A DNA stretch of 64,000 bases from a virus (Duplodnaviria > Caudoviricetes): the IMG/VR virus record IMGVR_UViG_3300025141_000018. One strand, 5' to 3'. Both the position numbers and the translations under genes were made by a program. Shown here in pieces: positions 8,030 to 17,762 of this stretch; position 1 is the stretch's first letter, and each line of letters begins with the position of its first letter. The notes under the pieces are model-generated. The model made no database searches and was not told where the DNA came from. It saw nothing but the letters and a program-made list of their open reading frames with translations.

Positions 8030-11000
8030 TTAACTAAAGCTCAAACTATCTATATAATCACCACTTGCTAATTTAATATTAAAAAACAAGAGATTATTAT
8101 ATGTATTACTTAAATTCGCAGTTCCTAAGGTCATAGTAAATGTTGAGTTTACTGCTGACCCAGTTGTTACTTTATTAGAGTTACCCGAAGCAACTCCATC
8201 ACTTCCATTTCCGCCTGCACCTGTGTTTGATCCTGGCATACCAGCACCACCATATGTAGCCGTACAATCTAACCAGCCACCTAATCCACTTGATGCGTCT
8301 GTTGTCTCGCCCGGTAATGCAATCCAAAATCCACTAATTTTTCCATTTAATAAAATATCAAAACTTGAAACAACCGAACGTTTAAATGCTCCTCTAAAAT
8401 ATTGAGCACCTGATCGTCCTGTGTTCAAATCTGGACCTGCGGGTAAATATCCTGATGATAAATCAGTTGAAAAATGCTTTAATTGTCCCCATCTTGCAAC
8501 GGCTTCATCTGTACCTGCAATAGTTTGTGTACCTGTCCATGCATTACTTGCATAATAATCAGTTGAACTACTATAAGTTGGATTATCACCAGCGGCAGAT
8601 GCAATTACTATACGTTTTGCATCACCCGATCCAGTACCTAAAGTTGTTATAGTAATATCTTCTTCGTCGAATCCGCTAATTGAAGTTCCTTTCAAGTTTA
8701 TCTTTGTTGTAAATGTGCTATATCCACCTTCACCGTTAATATTTGATAAATTTGCTTTAACTGTTCCAACGGCATTAACTGAGCCATTAACACTAAAAGT
8801 AATATCTCCTAATGTATATTTACTTCCGCTTGCTTTACCTGTATCAGCAACCGGATTGCCTCCATTTAAAAATGTACTTGATCCATCAATATTTGCGTAT
8901 GTTTTTGTTTGTGTCGATATGATACTTCCAGATGTACTCTCATCGTTTGATGCATGTTCAATACTAAACGGAGTTGAAGTATCTTGATATGTTTGTCCTA
9001 TCCAATCGTATGCTTTAACAGTACCTAATGTTACTGTGGCACCTGTTGTATAATACGGAATACCACTAATATATGCTAAGGTTCCGGCTCCTGCTTGTGT
9101 TACTGTTGATGCTGATATATCTAAACTTGGTGTTGATGTTACATCATCTTTAACAAATTCAATCTCTGGTGTTGCACCTGTAACAGTATGGCAAATCTGG
9201 TAACTATTAAGACCAACACTAACTGCACTTGCTGTTTTAGAAACTTTTGCTTTAAACACTCTATAAAAATTACTTGGATAAATTTTGCTTGAACCTGATA
9301 CACCTACACCTGTTGCACTAACTGTATTTGCATCAATATCTTCAGTAATACACATTGAACTTGTTAAACCTGAATTATCACTAGCAGTAAAAGTAATTGC
9401 ACCATCTGCGGATCCATTAACCAATGCACAAACTGCACCTGCGGCTGAATTATATGCATAAGAGCTAATTATATCTGAGTCGATTGTTCCGCCAGTATCT
9501 GTTGTTCTATCAACTGCTGAACCTGCCGATAATGTAGCACCGCCAGTATTGTCTGTAAATCCATGTGCTAACTTAGGACTTGTTCCAGTATCTTCACCTG
9601 TAAAACCTATTGTTTTAGCACTTAATCCGGCTGGTGCGGCAGGCGTTGCTAAAATATCCATAGTAAAGTTTTCAGTATCATCAGTAGCATTTAAACTTAA
9701 TGTTGGATTATATGCTAATAAATTACCATTATATGTTCCTGTTCCTACTGATGTATAATCATGTGTAATGTTAGTTCCTACATCACCTGGATTACTACTA
9801 CCGTGGGCCATGCAATCAAGAGCTGAACTATCGCCCCAATTATATTCATAGCATGTAGCATTTTGTGATGTATTAGCGGCACATCCTAACGCATAATTAA
9901 GTCCATCATATCCAGTTACAGCATATCCTCTAACGTTGCTTGCATTATCAATACCTGTTGATTCGTTTTGGAATATTACTGCTACATTAGATCTTGGATC
10001 TGGCTTAATTGTTATTGTACATGCCGATGTTACAAACGGACTGCTTGTGTGTCCGTTATATGCTTGCAAGCATACATCACGTGTTACTGTGGTACCTGAG
10101 GCTTGTTCACCTGTTGTTAAATCAAAAGTATGTGCAACGGCAACATTATAATCGCCTGCTCCACCGCCTCCTGCGGCAACTTCGCATGTTGAACCATCAT
10201 CAAATGTCCACTTCCAACAGTTTCCTGCACCAAAATTACTTGCAGATCCTAGTGTATCAACAGTACCTGTAAAGTTAACAACTAAACCACTTGTTGCTTC
10301 TTCATTATTTCCACTATTAACATCACTTGTAAATGCTGGTGTTTGTGAACTCCAAACACATACACATTTAACTTCGCTAAGTGGAAGTACTGACGGGTTA
10401 GTTGTGCTATGATTATCCATTCTCAAACATACTGAATAACGTGTATCTGCATCTGGTGAATTTGTCCATGTGTGTGCTAATCCTGCACCATCTCGTCCAC
10501 CTGCGGCGGCATCAGTTGCAATACATGCATCGGAACTATCACCCCAAAATATTGTATAATCAGCAGTATTACCATATGAAGTTGTAGCACCTGTTTCTGT
10601 TGATGTATTGCATATGCAAGCGGCTGAAGCACTATCCCAGCCAGCAGTTGTAACATTTGCCGGATTTCCATCATACATTGCCCATTCAATATCCGGAGTT
10701 GGAGTAGCAATTAACATATAATCTGTACAATCTAATGTTATTTCTGAACCATAACCTATACCACTTGTATGCTTTGCAGTTGCACAAACTGTATTACATC
10801 CTACTGCACCCGATCCATATGTTTTTGAAACTGTACATGAACCATCACACGATACACTTGTTAATTTGCAATCCGAAGTTCCGTCACCCCAGTCGATATC
10901 AATACATGATGGATTACCCATCCAGCAAAATGTAAAAGCAATAGCGGTATTAGCACTTGAAATACATTGTCCTGCATCATAATCCGAATCTGTACTCCAA

Positions 11001-12607
11001 GATATATCTCTAACATAAGTATCTCGTCTTACATTTAATATTGTATCGTTTAAAATATGAATTGCGTCTGCTAAACCATCTGTGTTTTCAAGACATACAC
11101 TAGCACCTTCTCGTGTTCCGCTATATCCAGATGTTAATTGTGGTGTTCTGTGGAATACACCTGCATATCCGGCCGGTGTACCAATAGCACTACCAGACCC
11201 TGACGAATCAGTTATTACATTAGCGACACATAAATCAGCAAGTGCCGTTCCAAGTTTTAATTCAAATTTATCAGTTGTTTCGTTCCATGTAATATGTGCA
11301 TTATCATCAGTTCCACGTTCAATTTCAAGTCCTGCATTTTCTGATGGTGTTCCTGTTTCGTCGGCATTTAATGTCATAATTGCATCGCCAATCAGCACAC
11401 AATTTGAACATACCGCAGTTTGCGTTCCTGCTACTGTTAAACTACCACCTATATGAACATCGCATCCTACACCTAAACCACCTGTTACAATAACTGCACC
11501 ACTTGAAGCAGATGTTGAATTTGTTGTATCTGTTACACAAGTTGCACCAGAAACATCTGCGTCACCTGTTACTGATAAACGTGATGCTGAAAACGTTAAG
11601 TTTGAACTATCTTCTACTTCACCATTTGTTCCTGCTAATGCAATTCTTCCTGTTGTTAAATCACATACTTGTAAACTACTTGCTATACCACATGCTAATG
11701 TTGCGGTACCTGTAGTATTAATAGTATCTGCACAAATATCATCAATATATGCATCTTCCCATCTCTTAGTGGTAGCACCTAAATTATATGTATCACTTGC
11801 ATTAGGAATAATATGAGAATGTACATCCGCACCAATTGTTAATTCATCTGTATCTGCATCACCTAAAGTAATATTACCGCTGGCAGTAATATTTGCACCA
11901 ATAATATTACCAGTTGCATTTATATTTCCACCAACACATACATCACATGCTACACCAAGACCACCTTTTACTTGTAATGCTCCTGTGGTAGTACTTGTTG
12001 AATTTGTTACATCACAAAAAATACCAGTACAAGCATCTACATCATCAATAAATCCATCTTCCCATCGTTGTGTAACAGAACCTAAATTATATGTATCACT
12101 TGCATTAGGAATAATATGAGATGTAATATCACCACTAACAGTAATATCATCTGCGGCTGTATCACCTAAAGTAACATCACCGCTAAGTTGTACGCCATCA
12201 GCAAACACTTTATTAAATGCTTGTGTTGAACTACCTAAACAAACAGTACTTTCAAAGGTTAAATCAAAACATGCTCCTGTACCAGTTCCACCTGCGGTTG
12301 CGTTTCCAGTTGTAGTTGTTGGCTTAACATCATAGATGCCAGCACATTTAATAGCGGCAGTTTGGATAATTCCACTACCGTCAACAGTTTGTACACAGAT
12401 TGTTCCTACTTCCGATCCTGATGCAGTGGTTGCGCCAGTATTGTCTACGCAGATAATATCGTTTGCGGTGTATCCTGTTCCTGCGGTATTAATCGAAATA
12501 GCGGTAAGATTGAGTGAAGCAAGTAGATTACCCCTAAGGTACCCGCCTGCCTTTGCTAATTTTTTCTTTTCAAGTTTGTTAATTAACCCGGTATTAATTA
12601 TGCTCAT
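8030..12607 (-). CDS. Large virion appendage/fibre protein with fibre-type N-half and four PKD/Ig-like domains; Cys-rich
   Basis: Fibre repeats (IIPNASDTYNLG..RW; GGLGVACDV) are followed by PKD-type motifs IDIDWGDG, TIFWGDS, WTFDDGS and YNWGDS. About 44 Cys in 1525 aa. Confidence 0.7.
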   Translation of the reverse strand: MSIINTGLINKLEKKKLAKAGGYLRGNLLASLNLTAISINTAGTGYTANDIICVDNTGATTASGSEVGTICVQTVDGSGIIQTAAIKCAGIYDVKPTTTTGNATAGGTGTGACFDLTFESTVCLGSSTQAFNKVFADGVQLSGDVTLGDTAADDITVSGDITSHIIPNASDTYNLGSVTQRWEDGFIDDVDACTGIFCDVTNSTSTTTGALQVKGGLGVACDVCVGGNINATGNIIGANITASGNITLGDADTDELTIGADVHSHIIPNASDTYNLGATTKRWEDAYIDDICADTINTTGTATLACGIASSLQVCDLTTGRIALAGTNGEVEDSSNLTFSASRLSVTGDADVSGATCVTDTTNSTSASSGAVIVTGGLGVGCDVHIGGSLTVAGTQTAVCSNCVLIGDAIMTLNADETGTPSENAGLEIERGTDDNAHITWNETTDKFELKLGTALADLCVANVITDSSGSGSAIGTPAGYAGVFHRTPQLTSGYSGTREGASVCLENTDGLADAIHILNDTILNVRRDTYVRDISWSTDSDYDAGQCISSANTAIAFTFCWMGNPSCIDIDWGDGTSDCKLTSVSCDGSCTVSKTYGSGAVGCNTVCATAKHTSGIGYGSEITLDCTDYMLIATPTPDIEWAMYDGNPANVTTAGWDSASAACICNTSTETGATTSYGNTADYTIFWGDSSDACIATDAAAGGRDGAGLAHTWTNSPDADTRYSVCLRMDNHSTTNPSVLPLSEVKCVCVWSSQTPAFTSDVNSGNNEEATSGLVVNFTGTVDTLGSASNFGAGNCWKWTFDDGSTCEVAAGGGGAGDYNVAVAHTFDLTTGEQASGTTVTRDVCLQAYNGHTSSPFVTSACTITIKPDPRSNVAVIFQNESTGIDNASNVRGYAVTGYDGLNYALGCAANTSQNATCYEYNWGDSSALDCMAHGSSNPGDVGTNITHDYTSVGTGTYNGNLLAYNPTLSLNATDDTENFTMDILATPAAPAGLSAKTIGFTGEDTGTSPKLAHGFTDNTGGATLSAGSAVDRTTDTGGTIDSDIISSYAYNSAAGAVCALVNGSADGAITFTASDNSGLTSSMCITEDIDANTVSATGVGVSGSSKIYPSNFYRVFKAKVSKTASAVSVGLNSYQICHTVTGATPEIEFVKDDVTSTPSLDISASTVTQAGAGTLAYISGIPYYTTGATVTLGTVKAYDWIGQTYQDTSTPFSIEHASNDESTSGSIISTQTKTYANIDGSSTFLNGGNPVADTGKASGSKYTLGDITFSVNGSVNAVGTVKANLSNINGEGGYSTFTTKINLKGTSISGFDEEDITITTLGTGSGDAKRIVIASAAGDNPTYSSSTDYYASNAWTGTQTIAGTDEAVARWGQLKHFSTDLSSGYLPAGPDLNTGRSGAQYFRGAFKRSVVSSFDILLNGKISGFWIALPGETTDASSGLGGWLDCTATYGGAGMPGSNTGAGGNGSDGVASGNSNKVTTGSAVNSTFTMTLGTANLSNTYNNLLFFNIKLASGDYIDSLSFS

Positions 12608-12634
12608 TTAACTTCCAATACACCTTTGTAGTAA

Positions 12635-12642
12635 TATTTATT
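12635..12642 (-). promoter_or_regulatory. Late promoter (AATAAATA)
   Basis: TATTTATT on the + strand, 28 nt upstream of the ATG at 12607. Confidence 0.6.
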
Positions 12643-12644
12643 TG

Positions 12645-13070
12645 TCATATTTTAGTCCATGTTGTACATACTAACTGATCATCTACGTTATATGTCAAAC
12701 ATTGAGTAAAAAGTTTTGTTGATCCATTTGTGTCATAGTAATCAACTATGTTTAAATTATCGTTGCTATCATAACATAAACATTGCATGTTTCCGGTTAC
12801 ATAACAAACTTTCTCCATTAAGTCACTGGCATTATATACCATACAAGATACATTAGTTTCATTTAATGCCGAATCTAATCTATTTGCTACCCGTACCCAA
12901 TTATCATCATAATATGTTTCTAAAGAACATATTGTTGAGTTATATCTCAAAAGTCCATCTACTGGTGTTCCATCACGTTGTGCAGTTGTTCCAACCGAAA
13001 CTTTAATGGAACCAGTTCCATCGAATCTTGGGTTTTCAGACATTAGTGATGTTGGTACTCTTGTTGTCAT
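12645..13070 (-). CDS. Small virion structural protein, Cys-rich
   Basis: GTTAQRDGTPVDGLLRYN module shared with the fibre genes. 7 Cys in 141 aa. Confidence 0.6.
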   Translation of the reverse strand: MTTRVPTSLMSENPRFDGTGSIKVSVGTTAQRDGTPVDGLLRYNSTICSLETYYDDNWVRVANRLDSALNETNVSCMVYNASDLMEKVCYVTGNMQCLCYDSNDNLNIVDYYDTNGSTKLFTQCLTYNVDDQLVCTTWTKI

Positions 13071-13080
13071 AAAAAAATCC

Positions 13081-13347
13081 TTATAATACTACATGTATTC
13101 TTGCTACTATGTCAACACTTAATGGTGGAGCAGTTACAAAAATAATTGTTTGTGTACTATTATTAAAAGTATAATCTGTTGTCGGTTTTTGTAAAACACC
13201 TGATAATTGCACCATTAAATCTTTCGCATCAACGCTTCTTTCACTGGCTGGAAAGTTGCTTAACGCATAATCGGTTAGGCTCCCGTCCCCAACGAACGTC
13301 CACATCATAAGATCTGAATTTATTAATGGTTGGCCAATGTATGACAT
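13081..13347 (-). CDS. Small virion structural protein (GDG..T.Y.L...V..SGVLQ.PTTDY module)
   Basis: MSYIG start and a beta module that also occurs in 17755..19119 and in the gp7-like ORF near 60900. Confidence 0.6.
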   Translation of the reverse strand: MSYIGQPLINSDLMMWTFVGDGSLTDYALSNFPASERSVDAKDLMVQLSGVLQKPTTDYTFNNSTQTIIFVTAPPLSVDIVARIHVVL

Positions 13348-13370
13348 AAAATTCCCTTGTTATATAATAT

Positions 13371-13700
13371 TTAGCTGAGTTCTAAAACACTCATTACAAC
13401 GTCACAATCCGTACTTGAACTTTGCAATTTCAAACTATCATTCGGTTCTAAATTTACTACTTTATCGACAACTAATGTTGTATTTTTAAAAACAGTAATA
13501 TCCTTCATGATATATTTGTCGGTAGCCGCACTTGCATCATGCAAGACAAGACTAACAACAATACCACCGGTTATTAATTTATTTGAAATATATATTGCAT
13601 GAACAATGGAGCCATTTATACTCGCACCTGCGGTATATAGGGTTTCTAATGTGTCTGCGGTAGTAATTGTAGTTGATGTATTTTTAAATGCAATAGCCAT
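13371..13700 (-). CDS. Small virion structural protein
   Basis: MAIAFKN...KVVNLEPNDSLKLQS...DVVMSVLE pattern typical of small fibre-associated proteins of marine myophages. Late promoter upstream. Confidence 0.6.
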   Translation of the reverse strand: MAIAFKNTSTTITTADTLETLYTAGASINGSIVHAIYISNKLITGGIVVSLVLHDASAATDKYIMKDITVFKNTTLVVDKVVNLEPNDSLKLQSSSTDCDVVMSVLELS

Positions 13701-13729
13701 TAGGCAACGTCCATAAAATCTATTTTAGA

Positions 13730-13737
13730 TATTTATC
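13730..13737 (-). promoter_or_regulatory. Late promoter (GATAAATA)
   Basis: TATTTATC on the + strand, 30 nt upstream of the ATG at 13700. Confidence 0.6.
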
Positions 13738-16700
13738 TATTTTAGATCTTCCAGCGCCTTGACTTTTGAGGACAGTTCTTTAATTGCATTAGTTAAAATA
13801 GGTATCATTTTAACATAATCCAACCAATAATCTGATTCTTTTTCATTATCATTAGGGGTATGTTGCAACATTGATACTGTATTCTTATCAATTCCTAATT
13901 CAGTCAATGCATCTTCCATTTCCTGTGCAATAAAACCAAACTGCTTTGGATCAGTATTATCACTTACAGTTGTTCTATAACTAATAGGATCTAAACAAGT
14001 GACAAATTCCAGTCCTAATGGTAGTGATTCAATATCACATTTAATTTTTCTATCAGAAGGTGATTGTGTCGCATCAGTGCTAATTGCGTACACTTCAGTA
14101 CCTTGTTTTTGTATAGAAAGTACTTTACCATTAGTAGCATCATTGCGATTTAGTGTCATTGTAGTAACATTCGGACTTATAAATGTACTAGCACCATCGC
14201 ATGTAATGCACATTCTTTTTACTGGTGTACCATGTGTATAAACAATATAATCTCCAGATGCATCCATGCACATATCATTTGTACTATTAAATTGTAATGC
14301 TCCGCCAGAATTGAAGCATATATTAGAGCAATAACTTACAGTATCACAAAATGTTGTTGCTCCTTGAAATGTAACTGCGCCAGTATTTGAATTAATTGCC
14401 GAAACAATGTTAGCATCAGATGCCCATTTATTTGTTAATCCTTCTACTAAGTCATCTGTAGTTTCAGCTCTTAATAATATACCACCTTGTTTACCCATGC
14501 TAGTATGATTAGCACAACCATAAGAATATCTAGCCTTTGCACTTGTTGGTACAACAAATTGAATATAGGTAGTCGCGGCATTAGTAAAAGAGGCAACATA
14601 ATCTGCGGCTGTGGAATATGTATTTCCTCCAACATGATATGATACTCCGGCTGGAGTAGTTGGATTTGATCCTCCATTAAAATCTACATCTTCTGACAAT
14701 ACTAAAGGATGCCCGGCGTTTGATGCTCCTGATTGTATAATTTTATATGTAAAACCTGGTACAAAATATAGATATGGTTGTGGGCTCCCACTATCAAATT
14801 TAAATTTACTATCAACAACAGTAACATCAAGTTCAATAATAGGAGTGGATGCCGCGGCAGTTGAATCCCACTGTGATCCATCCCATCTCATATAATCGCC
14901 AGTTCCAGGACTTATTGAAGAATTAACATCACATAATTTTTTAATTGAAGCATCTTGAAGATGTGTATTAAAACATGTCTGATCATATGGACTTGTTGAG
15001 GTTGCCCAGCAAAATGCTGATCCATTATAATAAAGATATGAGTTAGTTGTTGGACCTGCTGGTACATCACATAAAGTTAAAACTGAGCTATCACAAACAT
15101 CAGTTGGTAATGTAATTTGCCCGGTTATGTTATTATAAGCACCTATACCAGAAGTAACACAAACGGAAGCTCTTGCTCTAGTATCTGTAAAGTATAATGG
15201 ACTTGCCCCAAATTCATCAATATCGCATGTATATAAATTAATTGCACCAGTTTTTTCATTAACACAAGTTACATCATTAGTATTTTGATCTGTTTTAACT
15301 TTCCAAGATGTTGTACTATGATTATAATATAAAACTTTACCGTCATCAGCTGATGATACTGCATCAACGTCTGATAAACAAGCAAAATTTGTAGCACAAA
15401 TTCGTGTATCTACTCGTGCATCTGTATAATATAAGTTTGACGAACCTTCAGTTACGCAATCTGTACTTGTAGTAACATTATCAACATATGCTTTTACTGA
15501 TTGTTGAGATGGTACTTTAGTTGCACTATTTGAAACCATATTATCTTCGTCAACTAAAGCATTTGTTATTCTTGCATCTGCTCTTGTATCTGTAAAATAT
15601 AAGTTTGTTGAACCTTCTGTAATTTCGTCTGTATTATCTTTGCTTGCTACTTGTGCATCAACATATGCTTTTACTGATTGCTGAGATGGAAGTTTTGTTG
15701 CACTATCTGAAACCATGTTATCTTCATCAATTAATGCATTTGTAATTCTTGCATCAGCTCTTACATTTGTATAATATAAATTACCACTTTCAGTTATATC
15801 ACATGTACATAAATTAACATCACCGTGTAAACTATTAATACTCGATACAATAGCAGATAGACCCATTATGCCTGTTGTGCTATTATATGTTAAAGCGGAA
15901 CCACTTACAGAAATTGCACTTCTTGCTTTGGCATCTGTATAATATTGATTAACACATTCATTTATATCACAAGAATGAAGTACAACCGCTCCTGTTTTTG
16001 TATTAACTTGTGATACTGCATCTGTAAAAGACATAACACCAGTACTATTATTATATGCCAAGGATCCACTAACTGTAATTGCGGCTCTTGCTCTAGCATC
16101 TGTGTAATATAAATCAGTATCTTCTGCTAAATCGCATGTTTTCTTAGTTGCAAAATCTGTATCAAAATCAGCAGTTTTATACGTTGTTGCTGAAATTACT
16201 CCAGTTGCACTATTATACGATATATCACCACTACTACTTAAATGAGCTCTTGTTTCTGATGCAACAGGACCAGTAAATGTAAACACACCAGTCGAACTGT
16301 TATATACCATGCTACCATCACCGCCAGCATCTGTTAGTGAAACGGCTCCTCTAGCCCTTGCATTTGTATAATATAAATTACCACTTTCAGTTATATCACA
16401 TGTACATAAATTTATAGAACCAGTGTTTGAGTTAACACAAGTAACACCACCCGTTACAGTAATAACACCAGTACTTGAGTTATAACTACCTGAACCAGTT
16501 ACACTAATTGCTCCTCTAGCCCTTGCATCTGTATAATACAAATCAGTACACTCCGAAATATCACAAGTATAATGATTTGAAACATCTGAAATTTTACCAT
16601 ATAAACAATCCGAACGTATAGGCTTATTAAACACCCATTCGTCGTTTGTGCTTGCATAAAGTATTGTAGCATATGGAACAGGATTAGCAGAGCAACATAA

Positions 16701-17762
16701 AGTTAATTTCAATCCACCACTATTTGCGGCCGAAGGGTTAGTAACAGCGGTTCCTAAAATAGTATTAATCGCACCAATATTTTGTGTTTCACAACTAACT
16801 TGAGTTGTTGTTCCACAAACAGTTAAATCACCAGTGATTAATGAATCGCCACAAACTGTAACACAAGCACCTGTATCACATGCTATTAATGTATTTGTTA
16901 TAATATCATCTGCAACTAAATCGTTTGTAACTGTAACACAATTAAAAGTTACATTATTAGTTGTGCCAACTGCTTGTCCTATTGCTACTGCTCCACTTGT
17001 AACTGTAACACCTGTTCCAGCAGTTATAGCGGCACGAGCTCTTGCATCTGTATAATATAGATTTCCACTCTCTGTAATATCACATGTACATAAATCAATC
17101 GAACCTGTATTTTCATTAACACAAGTGACACCACCTGTAACGTTAATAACACCAGTTGAATTGTCGTAACTACCTGAACCAGTTACACTAATTGCTCCAC
17201 GGACTCGTGCAGTTGTATGATATTGATTAGTCGAGCCTTCAGTTAAATCATCTGTATCATTATTATCTAATGATTCTTTTTGTCCATCAACATCACAACT
17301 AATTGTTTGTAATCGAGTAGCAGAAGGGTGCTTTCTGAGTCTTAATAAATTAGCACCTGTGCCAATTTGTATTTCATCAACAATAATCTTTTTTAAGTTA
17401 TTTGAATCATCTTGTATTTTAAGATCGCCTGAAGCATCTCTAGATAATTTTGTACCAGCAATATCAATAGTGGTACCAGCAGTATAGATATCGTTCCATC
17501 GCTTTGTTGATGAGCCTAAATCTCTACAACAAGTTTGATCAGGAATTAATGAAGTATCAACAGTATCAAACGATGCGTATATATTAGCATCGGATGCATA
17601 TAAATTCGATCCTTCACTTAAATCAGTTGTAGATTTGGCTGTAAAATCCGTATTAAAACAGGATGAAGCATAATCTGTTTTTGCATCTATCTGTGTTTGT
17701 ACATCAGATGTTACGTTTGCTAGAAAAGGTACCTTATCTGCAATATCTCTGGCTCTACTCAT
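13737..17762 (-). CDS. Long tail fibre protein with repeated TE(G/S)xxNLYYTDAR units, a cupredoxin-like module and C-terminal S74 chaperone; Cys-rich
   Basis: About 11 NLYYT-type repeats, a duplicated DEDNMVS.SATK.PSQQSVKAYVD block, and SPSDRKIK...FGFIAQE...LDYVKMIPILTNAIKEL. About 46 Cys in 1341 aa. Confidence 0.85.
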   Translation of the reverse strand: MSRARDIADKVPFLANVTSDVQTQIDAKTDYASSCFNTDFTAKSTTDLSEGSNLYASDANIYASFDTVDTSLIPDQTCCRDLGSSTKRWNDIYTAGTTIDIAGTKLSRDASGDLKIQDDSNNLKKIIVDEIQIGTGANLLRLRKHPSATRLQTISCDVDGQKESLDNNDTDDLTEGSTNQYHTTARVRGAISVTGSGSYDNSTGVINVTGGVTCVNENTGSIDLCTCDITESGNLYYTDARARAAITAGTGVTVTSGAVAIGQAVGTTNNVTFNCVTVTNDLVADDIITNTLIACDTGACVTVCGDSLITGDLTVCGTTTQVSCETQNIGAINTILGTAVTNPSAANSGGLKLTLCCSANPVPYATILYASTNDEWVFNKPIRSDCLYGKISDVSNHYTCDISECTDLYYTDARARGAISVTGSGSYNSSTGVITVTGGVTCVNSNTGSINLCTCDITESGNLYYTNARARGAVSLTDAGGDGSMVYNSSTGVFTFTGPVASETRAHLSSSGDISYNSATGVISATTYKTADFDTDFATKKTCDLAEDTDLYYTDARARAAITVSGSLAYNNSTGVMSFTDAVSQVNTKTGAVVLHSCDINECVNQYYTDAKARSAISVSGSALTYNSTTGIMGLSAIVSSINSLHGDVNLCTCDITESGNLYYTNVRADARITNALIDEDNMVSDSATKLPSQQSVKAYVDAQVASKDNTDEITEGSTNLYFTDTRADARITNALVDEDNMVSNSATKVPSQQSVKAYVDNVTTSTDCVTEGSSNLYYTDARVDTRICATNFACLSDVDAVSSADDGKVLYYNHSTTSWKVKTDQNTNDVTCVNEKTGAINLYTCDIDEFGASPLYFTDTRARASVCVTSGIGAYNNITGQITLPTDVCDSSVLTLCDVPAGPTTNSYLYYNGSAFCWATSTSPYDQTCFNTHLQDASIKKLCDVNSSISPGTGDYMRWDGSQWDSTAAASTPIIELDVTVVDSKFKFDSGSPQPYLYFVPGFTYKIIQSGASNAGHPLVLSEDVDFNGGSNPTTPAGVSYHVGGNTYSTAADYVASFTNAATTYIQFVVPTSAKARYSYGCANHTSMGKQGGILLRAETTDDLVEGLTNKWASDANIVSAINSNTGAVTFQGATTFCDTVSYCSNICFNSGGALQFNSTNDMCMDASGDYIVYTHGTPVKRMCITCDGASTFISPNVTTMTLNRNDATNGKVLSIQKQGTEVYAISTDATQSPSDRKIKCDIESLPLGLEFVTCLDPISYRTTVSDNTDPKQFGFIAQEMEDALTELGIDKNTVSMLQHTPNDNEKESDYWLDYVKMIPILTNAIKELSSKVKALEDLK

